The position numbers and the translations under genes are program-made. DNA of 64,000 nucleotides from a bacterium (GTDB lineage: Bacteria; Hydrothermota; UBA3073; JACQXS01; JAGMCI01). Position 1 is the stretch's first letter. Every line of letters begins with the position of its first letter. Shown one piece after another: positions 50,818 through 59,848 of this stretch. The notes beneath the pieces were generated by a model, which saw only the letters and a list, made by a program, of their open reading frames with translations, did not search any database and was not told where the DNA came from. The stretch spans positions 12,673 through 76,672 of the forward strand of contig JASEGA010000001.1 in NCBI GenBank assembly GCA_030018315.1. The letters run 5' to 3'.

Positions 50818-51603
50818 TCAATATTTTTGTATTTTAGCCGTTGTAGTTGGTGAGTAGCCAATTTTGTTATTATAGAAGAATAAATATATAATAAAGTCAT
50901 CTAGTCTATTGAGTTTAGTAGATATGGTGATGTAAGCTTTTCCGTCTCCTCTTTTAGCAATAGGTGTAATTGTGTTTTTGCTTTCTCCACTGTTCCATAT
51001 TTTGATTGTAGTCCACGGTTTAGCATCTGGTATCTCATCTTTTTCGTTTATAGTCCATTGTATAATTATGAGATAAGCCTCATCTTCTTGTTTACCGTTA
51101 AAGTAGCATTCAGTTTTCCATTGTAATTCTATTTTTCCATTTAAATAATTAGCTTTAGTAATTTGAGCTGTTTCAAGTCTTCCCTGGGTGAGTGTTAGTA
51201 CTTTAATATCTGGCATATTTTTGCTTCCATATAGTTTGTCTTTATCAGGTATTGATTGATATAAAGGGGTAATATTGTATTTCATAAACAGGTTATGTCC
51301 ACTCATTGCAACTCTTTTAGCTCTGCATATAGGCTCCCACACAGGTACTATAATGGGTTCAAACAGTTCCTTTCCTATCCAGCTGACTGCGGCAAATACC
51401 ATTTTAGCATTTATCTCTTTAACTGGTATTTTAGCCATCTCAAGTTCATCCCTTTTAGCTTTTTTAACCATCTCAATTGATGCATAGCTTTTTCTTTCTC
51501 TATTTCTTTTTTTAACGACTCGTATTCCTTTATAATTGGAGAATACGAATTCTCCAATACTTCCGTATATTGTTCCAATTATGGATCCTATATATTTAGC
51601 CAT
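50818..51603 (-). CDS. Hypothetical basic protein (261 aa)
   Basis: ORF only, no recognisable motif. Overlaps the upstream gene by 8 nt. Confidence 0.4.
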   Translation of the reverse strand: MAKYIGSIIGTIYGSIGEFVFSNYKGIRVVKKRNRERKSYASIEMVKKAKRDELEMAKIPVKEINAKMVFAAVSWIGKELFEPIIVPVWEPICRAKRVAMSGHNLFMKYNITPLYQSIPDKDKLYGSKNMPDIKVLTLTQGRLETAQITKANYLNGKIELQWKTECYFNGKQEDEAYLIIIQWTINEKDEIPDAKPWTTIKIWNSGESKNTITPIAKRGDGKAYITISTKLNRLDDFIIYLFFYNNKIGYSPTTTAKIQKY

Positions 51604-52270
51604 GTCTATATTTAGGCACTATTGCTGTAGATGTAGAGTATTCGTTGTTCTGTTTAAAATACACATATAGGATTGGGTGATGTAAAAACTGTTTAACCTT
51701 TATCCTAATTTCAGTCTCTGTATTGTATTGTTTTGGTTCAATATGTATGAGTTCAAAGTTTTTAGTATCAAGCACTCCAATTCCTATTTCTTTGTTTTCA
51801 CTTTTGCTATGCTGTCTTGCTTCAATTTTCATTTTTATTGTTTTATTTGAGTATGTACTGTATAAAACTTCTGGTGGTGCTAGTTTTCCTATAGTAATGA
51901 GCATATTTTTCCAATCTGGTGGTATTCCTATCCCCTTCATATTGAGACTGACAAACATATTAAATCCTGATATGTACTTGTGGTGAGTCCTATTCTTGTT
52001 TCTCTCTTTTGTCCATATTGGGTCGATTAAGTCTTGCATATGTCTACTTCCTATTTTTGATATAAAGCTCATTTTTTTCTCCCTCATTTGTTGCATTTTA
52101 GTATTAACCCGTGTTTTAGGCATCAAGCTTCTAATAAATATCCTATTTTTTCTTCTCTGTAGCACTATTCCCTTAGCTCCCTGTTTCATATTGTATCCAA
52201 ACATAAGGTTTGCCTGTTCTCTTGTGAGCGACAGTTTACCAATTATTTGTATTATATGCTTAAGCCACAT
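51596..52270 (-). CDS. Hypothetical basic protein (224 aa)
   Basis: ORF only. Followed upstream by a 280-bp AT-rich non-coding stretch. Confidence 0.4.
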   Translation of the reverse strand: MWLKHIIQIIGKLSLTREQANLMFGYNMKQGAKGIVLQRRKNRIFIRSLMPKTRVNTKMQQMREKKMSFISKIGSRHMQDLIDPIWTKERNKNRTHHKYISGFNMFVSLNMKGIGIPPDWKNMLITIGKLAPPEVLYSTYSNKTIKMKIEARQHSKSENKEIGIGVLDTKNFELIHIEPKQYNTETEIRIKVKQFLHHPILYVYFKQNNEYSTSTAIVPKYRHG

Positions 52271-52552
52271 CTCTCAATAAAAACTCCAAATTTCAGATTT
52301 CAAATTTCATCCTATAATAATATATTTTCTACACTTTTCTTTTTCATTCTATATTTTTCTATTTTTTTTACATCAAGTCCTTATTGGTTTTACATCATCC
52401 TAAAAAGTCAAAAAACTTTTCATTGTTCAAACTCCAATCTTGGCGGTTAAATCGAATGGCATCGACTAAAATAAATATCTTTGATTATGTAGATTCTTTA
52501 TTTTACTCAGGATAACAAGGATAGGTAGTATCCGCAGATTACAAATTACAGA

Positions 52553-55198
52553 TTACAATTTGATTAAATTAATATGCTCTTGTAGTTTAAGTAACTTTTG
52601 TTCATATTCTTTTACCTTTTCTCTTGTCTTTTTTACTATCTCTCGTGGTGCTTTTGAAAGGAAATCGGGTGAACTCAGACGGGCTTGAATGCTTTTGAGA
52701 AGCGAGCTAACTTCTAACTGCTCTGTTTCAAGTTTTTTGAGTTCTGCTTTTAAGTCTATAAGACCTGAGAGCGGTATAAATATTTCTACTCCTTTTGTGA
52801 GTTTAATGGTGCATCCCTTAGGCACAGACTCTGTAAATTCAATTGCCTTAACTTTACCTAATTTCTCAATGTATAATTTATTTTCATCAATAATTGAGCG
52901 TTCACGAGTTCCACACTTTACTAAAAGTCTTATCAATTTAGTTTTAGGAATATTCATAGTAGCTCTTGTATTTCTGCATGTTATTATAATATTTTTGATA
53001 ATTTCAAATCCTTTTTCGGCATCTGAATCAAAGTAACCCGTCTCCGCCTCCGGCCATTTACTTACCATAATTGATGGTTCTTTATGTGTTATCATTTGCC
53101 ACACTTCTTCTGTTACAAATGGCATAAATGGGTGTAATAACTTCAAACTACGGTCAAGAATCTCCAATGCAATTCCTTTACACTTCTTTATTTTAATAAT
53201 TTCAAGGTACCAGTCACAAAAGTCGTGCCATAAGAAGTCGTAAATCCGCATAAGTGGCTCTTGTAATTTATATCTTGAAAGTAATTCAGTCACATCCTTA
53301 GTAAGTTTATGTATCCGTGATAATATCCAGCGGTCAGCAAGACTAAGAGGCAAGTCAGGAGACCTGCCTCTACCCGGTTTTTCTTCTGCGTCCGGTAGTG
53401 ATGCAATAAGTCTGTACGCATTCCAAATTTTGTTCGTAAAATTCCTACCACTTTCAAATGTATTAGTTGCAATATGAGGGTCTTGACCTTCACCAGCCGC
53501 AGTTATAAGTGAAAAACGCATCGCATCTGTTCCGTAGTCCTTTATAATATCTCTCGGGTCTATCCCATTACCTAACGATTTTGACATCTTCCTACCCTGT
53601 GCATCTCTCACAGTTCCGTGTATATACACATCTTTGAAAGGCGGCTTTCCAGTAAATTCGTAGCCCGCCATAATCATGCGTGCAACCCAGAAAAAGATTA
53701 TCTCTGATGCAGTACTAAGCATAGAAGTGGGATAAAAATAATTAAGTTCATCTGTCTCCTCTGGCCACCCAAATGTAGAGAATGGCCATAGCCAGGATGA
53801 GAACCAAGTATCAAGTACATTAGTATCTTGAACTAATGTCTTTGATTCGCAGTAAGGACAATTTTCCGGCCTCTTAGTAGAAACAATAACCCCATTTTGC
53901 ATTTTACATTTTTCATTTAGCATTTCCTTGCAATACCATACAGGGATGCGATGTCCCCACCATATCTGTCTTGATATACACCAGTCTTTGATATTATACA
54001 TCCAGTTCAAATAAACACCTTTCCACCTATCTGGATAAAACTTAATTATGCCATTCTCAACTGCTTCTATTGCTGGCTTAGCCATCTCCTTCATCTTAAC
54101 AAACCATTGTTCAGATAGGATTGGCTCAACTACAGTATTGCACCTGTAACAGTGACCTAATGAGTAACGATAAGGTGTAGTCTTTGCAAGAAGCCCAATA
54201 GTTTTGAGTTCAGATAGAATCTTCTTCCTTGCATCAAATCTATCGAGCCCATTATATTTACCACCATTTTCATTAATCACTCCCCGCTTATCCATAATAA
54301 GTATTTTCGGTAAATTATGACGAATAGAAAGCTCAAAATCAATTGGGTCATGAGCGGGTGTAACCTTAACCACTCCGGTACCAAATTTTGGGTCAACTAC
54401 ATCGTCTGAAATAACGGGTATTTCACGATTCATAAGTGGGAGTATTGCCGTGCATTTAATAAACTTAGCATTCTTTTTATCTTTTGGATTAACTGCACAA
54501 GCAGTATCACCGAGCATTGTTTCAGGTCGAGTAGTAGCTACTTGTATAAATTTATTTTTACCTTTTACCTGTCCGTCGACAGGCAAGATTGGATAATTGA
54601 TATAGTAAAGTTTACCATTAATTTCTTTATGTTCTACTTCCTCGTCAGCAAGTGCAGTCTCACACCTCGGGCACCAGTTAACAATGTAATCCCCTTTGTA
54701 AATCATCCTCTTTTTATAAAGTCTAACAAAAGCCTCATAAACCGCATTGGATAGCCCTTCATCAAGTGTAAACCTTGTCCGCGTCCAGTCACATGAGCAT
54801 CCAATATCTTTAAGTTGCGCAATGATAGTATCCTTTTTTTCATGCACCCACTTCCACACAAGTTCAATGAATTTCTCTTTACCTATTTTTTCTTTTGATT
54901 CGCCCTTCAGTATTTCTTTCTCAACTATAACTTCAGTAGCAATCCCTGCATGGTCGACTCCTGGTAGCCATTCAGCTTCAAATCCCTGCATCCGCTTCCA
55001 TCTAATGAATATATCCTGTATTGTGTTATTTAGAGCTTGCCCAAGATGCAGGACATCAGTTACATTTGGTGGTGGTATTACAATTGAAAATGGCTTAAGT
55101 TCAGGATTAGGGCTTGCATTAAAATAGCCGTTATCAAGCCAAAACTTGTACCACTTACCCTCTACTTCCTTTGGATTGTATATTTTATGAATTTGCAT
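52553..55198 (-). CDS. valS: Valine--tRNA ligase
   Basis: HIGH-type PPPNVTDVLHLGQ, KMSKS, and a C-terminal coiled coil. 881 aa. Confidence 0.95.
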   Translation of the reverse strand: MQIHKIYNPKEVEGKWYKFWLDNGYFNASPNPELKPFSIVIPPPNVTDVLHLGQALNNTIQDIFIRWKRMQGFEAEWLPGVDHAGIATEVIVEKEILKGESKEKIGKEKFIELVWKWVHEKKDTIIAQLKDIGCSCDWTRTRFTLDEGLSNAVYEAFVRLYKKRMIYKGDYIVNWCPRCETALADEEVEHKEINGKLYYINYPILPVDGQVKGKNKFIQVATTRPETMLGDTACAVNPKDKKNAKFIKCTAILPLMNREIPVISDDVVDPKFGTGVVKVTPAHDPIDFELSIRHNLPKILIMDKRGVINENGGKYNGLDRFDARKKILSELKTIGLLAKTTPYRYSLGHCYRCNTVVEPILSEQWFVKMKEMAKPAIEAVENGIIKFYPDRWKGVYLNWMYNIKDWCISRQIWWGHRIPVWYCKEMLNEKCKMQNGVIVSTKRPENCPYCESKTLVQDTNVLDTWFSSWLWPFSTFGWPEETDELNYFYPTSMLSTASEIIFFWVARMIMAGYEFTGKPPFKDVYIHGTVRDAQGRKMSKSLGNGIDPRDIIKDYGTDAMRFSLITAAGEGQDPHIATNTFESGRNFTNKIWNAYRLIASLPDAEEKPGRGRSPDLPLSLADRWILSRIHKLTKDVTELLSRYKLQEPLMRIYDFLWHDFCDWYLEIIKIKKCKGIALEILDRSLKLLHPFMPFVTEEVWQMITHKEPSIMVSKWPEAETGYFDSDAEKGFEIIKNIIITCRNTRATMNIPKTKLIRLLVKCGTRERSIIDENKLYIEKLGKVKAIEFTESVPKGCTIKLTKGVEIFIPLSGLIDLKAELKKLETEQLEVSSLLKSIQARLSSPDFLSKAPREIVKKTREKVKEYEQKLLKLQEHINLIKL

Positions 55199-55343
55199 GT
55201 GAAACTTTAATAGATTAAAAGAAGCATGTTACTTCATCTTTTTATTTATACTCCAATATTACTCTTTTGTCAACTAATTTTTATTTTTTGTTTGACAGTA
55301 AAGGGAAAGCAAAGTATTATAAGTAAATGGTCATTAACCCAAA

Positions 55344-56090
55344 GTGGAAAATTTAGCCAAAAAAGTTTCCAACTCTAAATTTGTAGTGACACTAACAGGA
55401 GCTGGCGTTTCAGCAGAGAGTGGCATTTCTACATTTAGAGATAAAGATGGGCTCTGGAAAACCTATCGTGTCGATGAGCTTGCTACTCCTAATGCATTTG
55501 CAAGGAATCCTAAATTAGTATGGGAATGGTATGAATGGCGCAGAAATATAATCCGCAACGCCTCTCCTAACCCAGCCCATTATGCAATTGCAAAATTAGA
55601 AAGAACTCTACAAAATTTCCTACTCATCACCCAAAATGTAGACAATCTACATAAAGTAGCGGGTTCAGAAAAAATAATAGAGTTACATGGTAATATATTT
55701 AAGAATAAATGCTCAAGGTGTGGCAAAATTTACGATGCAACTAAAGGGCCAGTCCCTTTGGGACAGTCCCTTGAAAATCTGCAGTGTGATTGTGGTGGTC
55801 TTTTACGTCCCGATGTCGTATGGTTTGGTGAATCTATTCCCCATATTGAAGCTGCATTTAATGCAAGTTCAACTTGTGATTTTATGTTAGTTGTAGGCAC
55901 CTCTGGAACAGTGGAGCCAGCTGCTTCTCTTCCCTATATTGCTAAAAGGGCTGGTGCCTTTATCCTTGAGATTAACCTGAATGAGACTCCGCTCACTCAG
56001 GTTGCTGATTATTCTATATTTGGTAAAGCAGGAGAAATACTACCAACTTTAGTGCAAAATTTATTGACAGTTCAAAAATTTAAAGTATAA
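55344..56090 (+). CDS. cobB: NAD-dependent protein deacylase (Sir2 family)
   Basis: GAGVSAESGISTFRD, a Zn Cys pair (CSRCG..CDCGG) and VVWFGE. Confidence 0.85.
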   Translation: MENLAKKVSNSKFVVTLTGAGVSAESGISTFRDKDGLWKTYRVDELATPNAFARNPKLVWEWYEWRRNIIRNASPNPAHYAIAKLERTLQNFLLITQNVDNLHKVAGSEKIIELHGNIFKNKCSRCGKIYDATKGPVPLGQSLENLQCDCGGLLRPDVVWFGESIPHIEAAFNASSTCDFMLVVGTSGTVEPAASLPYIAKRAGAFILEINLNETPLTQVADYSIFGKAGEILPTLVQNLLTVQKFKV

Positions 56091-56100
56091 TTTAAAGAGT

Positions 56101-56183
56101 AAAATTATGAATTATAAATGCTGAATGCTAAATTAAGAAATTCATAATTGAGCATTAAGAATTTAGCATTTCTAAAGTGAAGA
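56101..56183 (+). repeat. 83-bp interleaved-inverted-repeat element (copy 1) forming the leader and GTG-AAG start of tpiA
   Basis: aaaattatgaattataaatgctgaatgctaaattaagaaattcataattgagcattaagaatttagcatttctaaaGTGaag. Interleaved inverted repeats: aattatgaatt/aattcataatt and aatgctaaatt/aatttagcatt. Confidence 0.8.
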
Positions 56184-56965
56184 GGCGTTATCTAATTGCA
56201 GGAAATTGGAAGATGAACAAAACAATTGGAGAAGCAGTAGAGTTAGCAACTAAAATAAAAACTGGACTCACCGAGATAGACGATATAGATATAGCCATAT
56301 TCCCACCATTTACTGCTCTATATCCTGTTTATGAAGTAATAAAGGAGTCAAATATTAATTTAGGGGCTCAAAATTTATGGTACGAATCTAATGGTGCCTA
56401 TACAGGTGAGATTTCACCTATCTTCATTGTAGATGTAGGCTGTAAGTATGTGATTATAGGACATTCAGAGCGTAGACAATACTGTGGTGAAACAGCTGAA
56501 CTTGTAAACCGTAAGCTTAAGACAGCACTCAAATATGGACTTATCTCCATTGTTTGTATAGGTGAAACAATAGAAGAAAGAGAGAATGGAAAAACATACG
56601 AATTAGTTGAGCGTGAATTCAATGTTGCATTTGATGGCCTTCTACCGGGGACAGTCCCCATACGGGGACAGTCCCCTTTTCTACCTATAACTATAGCTTA
56701 TGAGCCAATCTGGGCAATTGGAACTGGGTTTACAGCAACTCCTAAAATTGCAGAAGAAGTGCATAAGTTTATAAGGAAATTGGTGGAAACTAAATATGGT
56801 TACAAAGTAGCAGAAGAGTTTCGCATCCTTTATGGTGGTAGTGTGAACTCTGAAACCATATCTGGACTCCTCCGTGAGCCTGACATAGATGGCGTCCTTG
56901 TAGGAGGGGCGAGTTTGGATGCAAAATCATTCATAGAAATAGTTAAGAAAGCAAACAGTATATGA
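56177..56965 (+). CDS. tpiA: Triosephosphate isomerase with a 13-residue in-frame insertion near the active-site Glu
   Basis: AGNWKMN and AYEPIWAIGTG. GTG start. The insertion at 56647-56685 encodes GTVPIRGQSPFLP. Confidence 0.9.
   Translation: MKRRYLIAGNWKMNKTIGEAVELATKIKTGLTEIDDIDIAIFPPFTALYPVYEVIKESNINLGAQNLWYESNGAYTGEISPIFIVDVGCKYVIIGHSERRQYCGETAELVNRKLKTALKYGLISIVCIGETIEERENGKTYELVEREFNVAFDGLLPGTVPIRGQSPFLPITIAYEPIWAIGTGFTATPKIAEEVHKFIRKLVETKYGYKVAEEFRILYGGSVNSETISGLLREPDIDGVLVGGASLDAKSFIEIVKKANSI
56642..56685 (+). repeat. 39-bp insertion: 2 x GGGGACAGTCCCC palindromic units plus 5-bp direct repeat CTACC (target-site-duplication-like), inside tpiA
   Basis: CTACCggggacagtccccatacggggacagtccccttttCTACC. 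Removing 39 bp restores ..DGLLPITIAYEPIW. Confidence 0.75.
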
Positions 56966-57047
56966 AAATTATGAATTATAAATGCTGAATGCTAAATTAA
57001 GAAATTCATAATTGAGCATTAAGAATTTAGCATTTCTAATGTGAAGA
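56965..57047 (+). repeat. 83-bp element copy 2 (1 mismatch from copy 1) forming the leader and GTG-AAG start of pdxA
   Basis: Same sequence as 56101-56183 except A-to-T 3 nt before the GTG. It begins at the tpiA stop codon. Confidence 0.8.
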
Positions 57048-58015
57048 TTGGTATAACAATAGGCGACCCATCTGGGATTGGACCTGAGGTAACACTAAAA
57101 GCTTTACAATCTCTTAAAACCATAAATGAGGTGCGACCTCAAGAGGTGCAACCTCAAGCTGTTGTAATAGGAGCCCAGTCTATAATTGATGAGACAATAG
57201 AAAGATTTGGCATTCAATGGGATGGCGAAGTAATAAATTGTAGCGAGCTCAAAAGAGTGGATGTAGGCTATGGGAAGCTATCAGCGTTAGCTGGTAGGGC
57301 AGCTTATAGTTTTATTTTAAAAGGATACGAGCTTATAAACGATAAAAAAATTGACGCCTTAGTGACAGCTCCAATTTGTAAAGCTTCGCTAAATCTTGCC
57401 GGTTTTAACTTTCCAGGTCATACTGAGTTGCTTGCAAATCTATCAAATACAAAACGGTTTGCAATGATGCTTTGTGGTGATGAAATTAGAGTAACACTTG
57501 TGACAACACATATTCAACTTAAAAGAGTTCCTGAGGTACTAACAAAAGAGCAAATTGTTGAAAAAATAGAACTAACATATGAGTTTTTGAGTACCCGTTT
57601 TAACATCCATTCACCCAAAATTGGCATTTGTGCTTTAAATCCACATGGGGGTGAGGGTATTTTTGGTAACGAAGAAGCTCTAATAATAAAACCAGCAATA
57701 GATGATGCAAAGAAAAAAGGAATTCTTGTTGATGGTCCCTATGCAGCAGATACTTTATTTACACGTACTGATTTTGATGCAATAATAGCTATGTATCATG
57801 ACCAAGGTTTAATTCCTATTAAACTCAAGGAATTTGGTCATGCAGTAAATGTGACTATAGGACTACCTTTTGTTCGTACATCTCCAGACCATGGTACAGC
57901 TTTTGATATAGCAGGAAAAGGGATAGCAAATCCTGAGAGTATGATTCGGGCAATAAAGCTGGCAGTCCGGCTGGCTCAACTGAAGCCAGAAAGATTAGCT
58001 GAGGGTAGGACATAA
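57041..58015 (+). CDS. pdxA: 4-hydroxythreonine-4-phosphate dehydrogenase
   Basis: KIGITIGDPSGIGPEV and the PdxA metal-site motifs. GTG start. Contains an in-frame 15-bp tandem duplication at 57128-57157. Confidence 0.85.
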   Translation: MKIGITIGDPSGIGPEVTLKALQSLKTINEVRPQEVQPQAVVIGAQSIIDETIERFGIQWDGEVINCSELKRVDVGYGKLSALAGRAAYSFILKGYELINDKKIDALVTAPICKASLNLAGFNFPGHTELLANLSNTKRFAMMLCGDEIRVTLVTTHIQLKRVPEVLTKEQIVEKIELTYEFLSTRFNIHSPKIGICALNPHGGEGIFGNEEALIIKPAIDDAKKKGILVDGPYAADTLFTRTDFDAIIAMYHDQGLIPIKLKEFGHAVNVTIGLPFVRTSPDHGTAFDIAGKGIANPESMIRAIKLAVRLAQLKPERLAEGRT

Positions 58016-58026
58016 TTCAATTTCTT

Positions 58027-58851
58027 ATGGATGAGTTAAAAGAGATTGCAAAAGATGTAAGAAAGGATATAATTAAGATGCTTACTAAAGCGGGCTCAGG
58101 CCACCCCGGGGGTTCGCTTTCCTGTGTTGAGATTCTAGTCACTCTTTATTTTAAAGTGCTGCGTCATAATCAAGCAAATCCTAAATGGGAGGATAGGGAC
58201 AGATTCGTCCTCTCCAAAGGTCATGCGGCACCCACCCTTTACGCTGTTCTTTCGAGAGTTGGCTATTTTCCGCGTGACTGGCTGTGGGAGTTAAGGAAGT
58301 GTGGTGCAAGGCTACAAGGCCATCCTTACTCATTATCTACCCCAGGAGTAGAGGCATCAACAGGGTCACTTGGCCAAGGGTTATCAATTGCAAATGGGAT
58401 AGCATTAGCTGGTAAGATTGACAAGAAAGATTACCGTGTATATGTGCTCATTGGGGATGGTGAAATTGACGAAGGTGAAATATGGGAGGCAAGTCTAACT
58501 GCGTCCAGGTTTAAACTTGATAACCTTTGTGCTATACTTGACCACAATAGATTTCAGATAGATGGCTCAATAAAGGAAATAAAAGACCCTTATCCATTAA
58601 AAGAAAAGTGGCAATCATTTGGGTGGGAAGTCTTTGAGGTAGATGGTCATAATTTTAATGCGCTCCCGGATGTATTTTCTAATGCAAAGCATATAAAAGG
58701 GAAACCAACAATAATAATTGCAAATACTATAAAGGGAAAGGGAGTCTCATTTATGGAGAATGCTATAGAGTGGCATGGCAAGGCGCCAAATGAAGTGGAA
58801 GCAAAAAAGGCGATTGAGGAGATAGAGAGGGGTGAGTCCTCAAATGGATGA
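58027..58851 (+). CDS. Transketolase, N-terminal (TPP-binding) subunit
   Basis: GSGHPGGSLS and GDGE..EG motifs. Split-type transketolase. Confidence 0.85.
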   Translation: MDELKEIAKDVRKDIIKMLTKAGSGHPGGSLSCVEILVTLYFKVLRHNQANPKWEDRDRFVLSKGHAAPTLYAVLSRVGYFPRDWLWELRKCGARLQGHPYSLSTPGVEASTGSLGQGLSIANGIALAGKIDKKDYRVYVLIGDGEIDEGEIWEASLTASRFKLDNLCAILDHNRFQIDGSIKEIKDPYPLKEKWQSFGWEVFEVDGHNFNALPDVFSNAKHIKGKPTIIIANTIKGKGVSFMENAIEWHGKAPNEVEAKKAIEEIERGESSNG

Positions 58852-59776
58852 CCTTATTTCACTCAGGGAAGCTTATGGTGAAACACTGATAGAACTCGGT
58901 AAAGTTAATCCAAACATTATAGTATTGGATGCAGACCTATCGTTTTCTACAAAGACCCATTTGTTTAAAGATGCCTTTCCTGATAGATTTTTTGACCTCG
59001 GCATTTCAGAGGCTGATATGATGGGTACAGCGGCTGGTTTAGCTTCTTGTGGCAAGACAGTTTTTGTATCCACTTTTGCAGTGTTTGCAACTGGTAGAGC
59101 ATGGGACCAGATAAGATTAGGGATTGCTTATCAAAAACTACCAGTTAAAATAGTTGCCTCCCATGGTGGGATTGGGATTGGTGAAGACGGGTACTCACAT
59201 CAAGCTGTCGAAGATATAGCTCTCATGAGAGTTCTACCCAGTATGAGAGTGATAGTTCCCTGTGACGTAGTTCAGACACGTGCAGTTATCCGATTAGTAG
59301 CTAATGAAGAAGGTCCATTTTATGTCAGGCTTGTAAAACAGAGGTTGCCAATAATTTATAAATATGGCTGTAATTTTGAACTTGGCAAATCCATAACACT
59401 GAGAGCTGGTAATGACATTACTATCGGAGCTATAGGCTCTTTGGTGTATGAAGCATTACAATCATACGAAATTTTAAAATCAAATAAAATAGAGGCAAGG
59501 GTAATTGACTTTGCATCAGTTAAGCCAATAGATAAAGAGGCAATAAAAAGGGCTTGTGATGAAACACAAGGTATTATAACCTGTGAAGACCATACAGTAA
59601 TAGGTGGACTTGGCGATGCAGTAGCTGAAGTAATTTTATCCTATCGACCGATTCCTCATAGGAGAGTTGGGATTCAAGATATTTATGGAGAATCTGGTTC
59701 AACTAAAGATTTATATGAAAAATACGGCTTAAGTTCACACCATATAGTAGAGAAAGCAATGGAGTTGTTGAAATGA
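58832..59776 (+). CDS. Transketolase, C-terminal (pyrimidine-binding) subunit
   Basis: Follows the N-terminal subunit with a 20-nt overlap. Typical Pyr and C-terminal domains. Confidence 0.85.
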   Translation: MSPQMDDLISLREAYGETLIELGKVNPNIIVLDADLSFSTKTHLFKDAFPDRFFDLGISEADMMGTAAGLASCGKTVFVSTFAVFATGRAWDQIRLGIAYQKLPVKIVASHGGIGIGEDGYSHQAVEDIALMRVLPSMRVIVPCDVVQTRAVIRLVANEEGPFYVRLVKQRLPIIYKYGCNFELGKSITLRAGNDITIGAIGSLVYEALQSYEILKSNKIEARVIDFASVKPIDKEAIKRACDETQGIITCEDHTVIGGLGDAVAEVILSYRPIPHRRVGIQDIYGESGSTKDLYEKYGLSSHHIVEKAMELLK

Positions 59777-59787
59777 CAGTAGTATGT

Positions 59788-59840
59788 GTATAGATTGCTT
59801 CGCTATCGCTCGCAATGACAGTGGGTAGGTTCACAATGAC
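59788..59840 (+). repeat. Family-B dispersed repeat immediately 3' of the transketolase C subunit, with an extra caatgacag half-copy
   Basis: gtatagattgcttcgctatcgctcgcaatgacagtgggtaggttcacaatgacagc. Confidence 0.75.
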
Positions 59841-59848
59841 AGCTCAAA

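Noticed and set aside
50818-52270. Prophage
   Set aside because: No integrase, terminase, portal, capsid or tail signatures are recognisable. There are only two unannotatable basic ORFs plus a T9SS CTD fragment.
56101-57047. Possible CRISPR array (identical approximately 83-bp repeats)
   Set aside because: There are only two copies, separated by a full gene (tpiA, about 780 bp) rather than short spacers, and no cas genes are present. Treated as a dispersed leader repeat.
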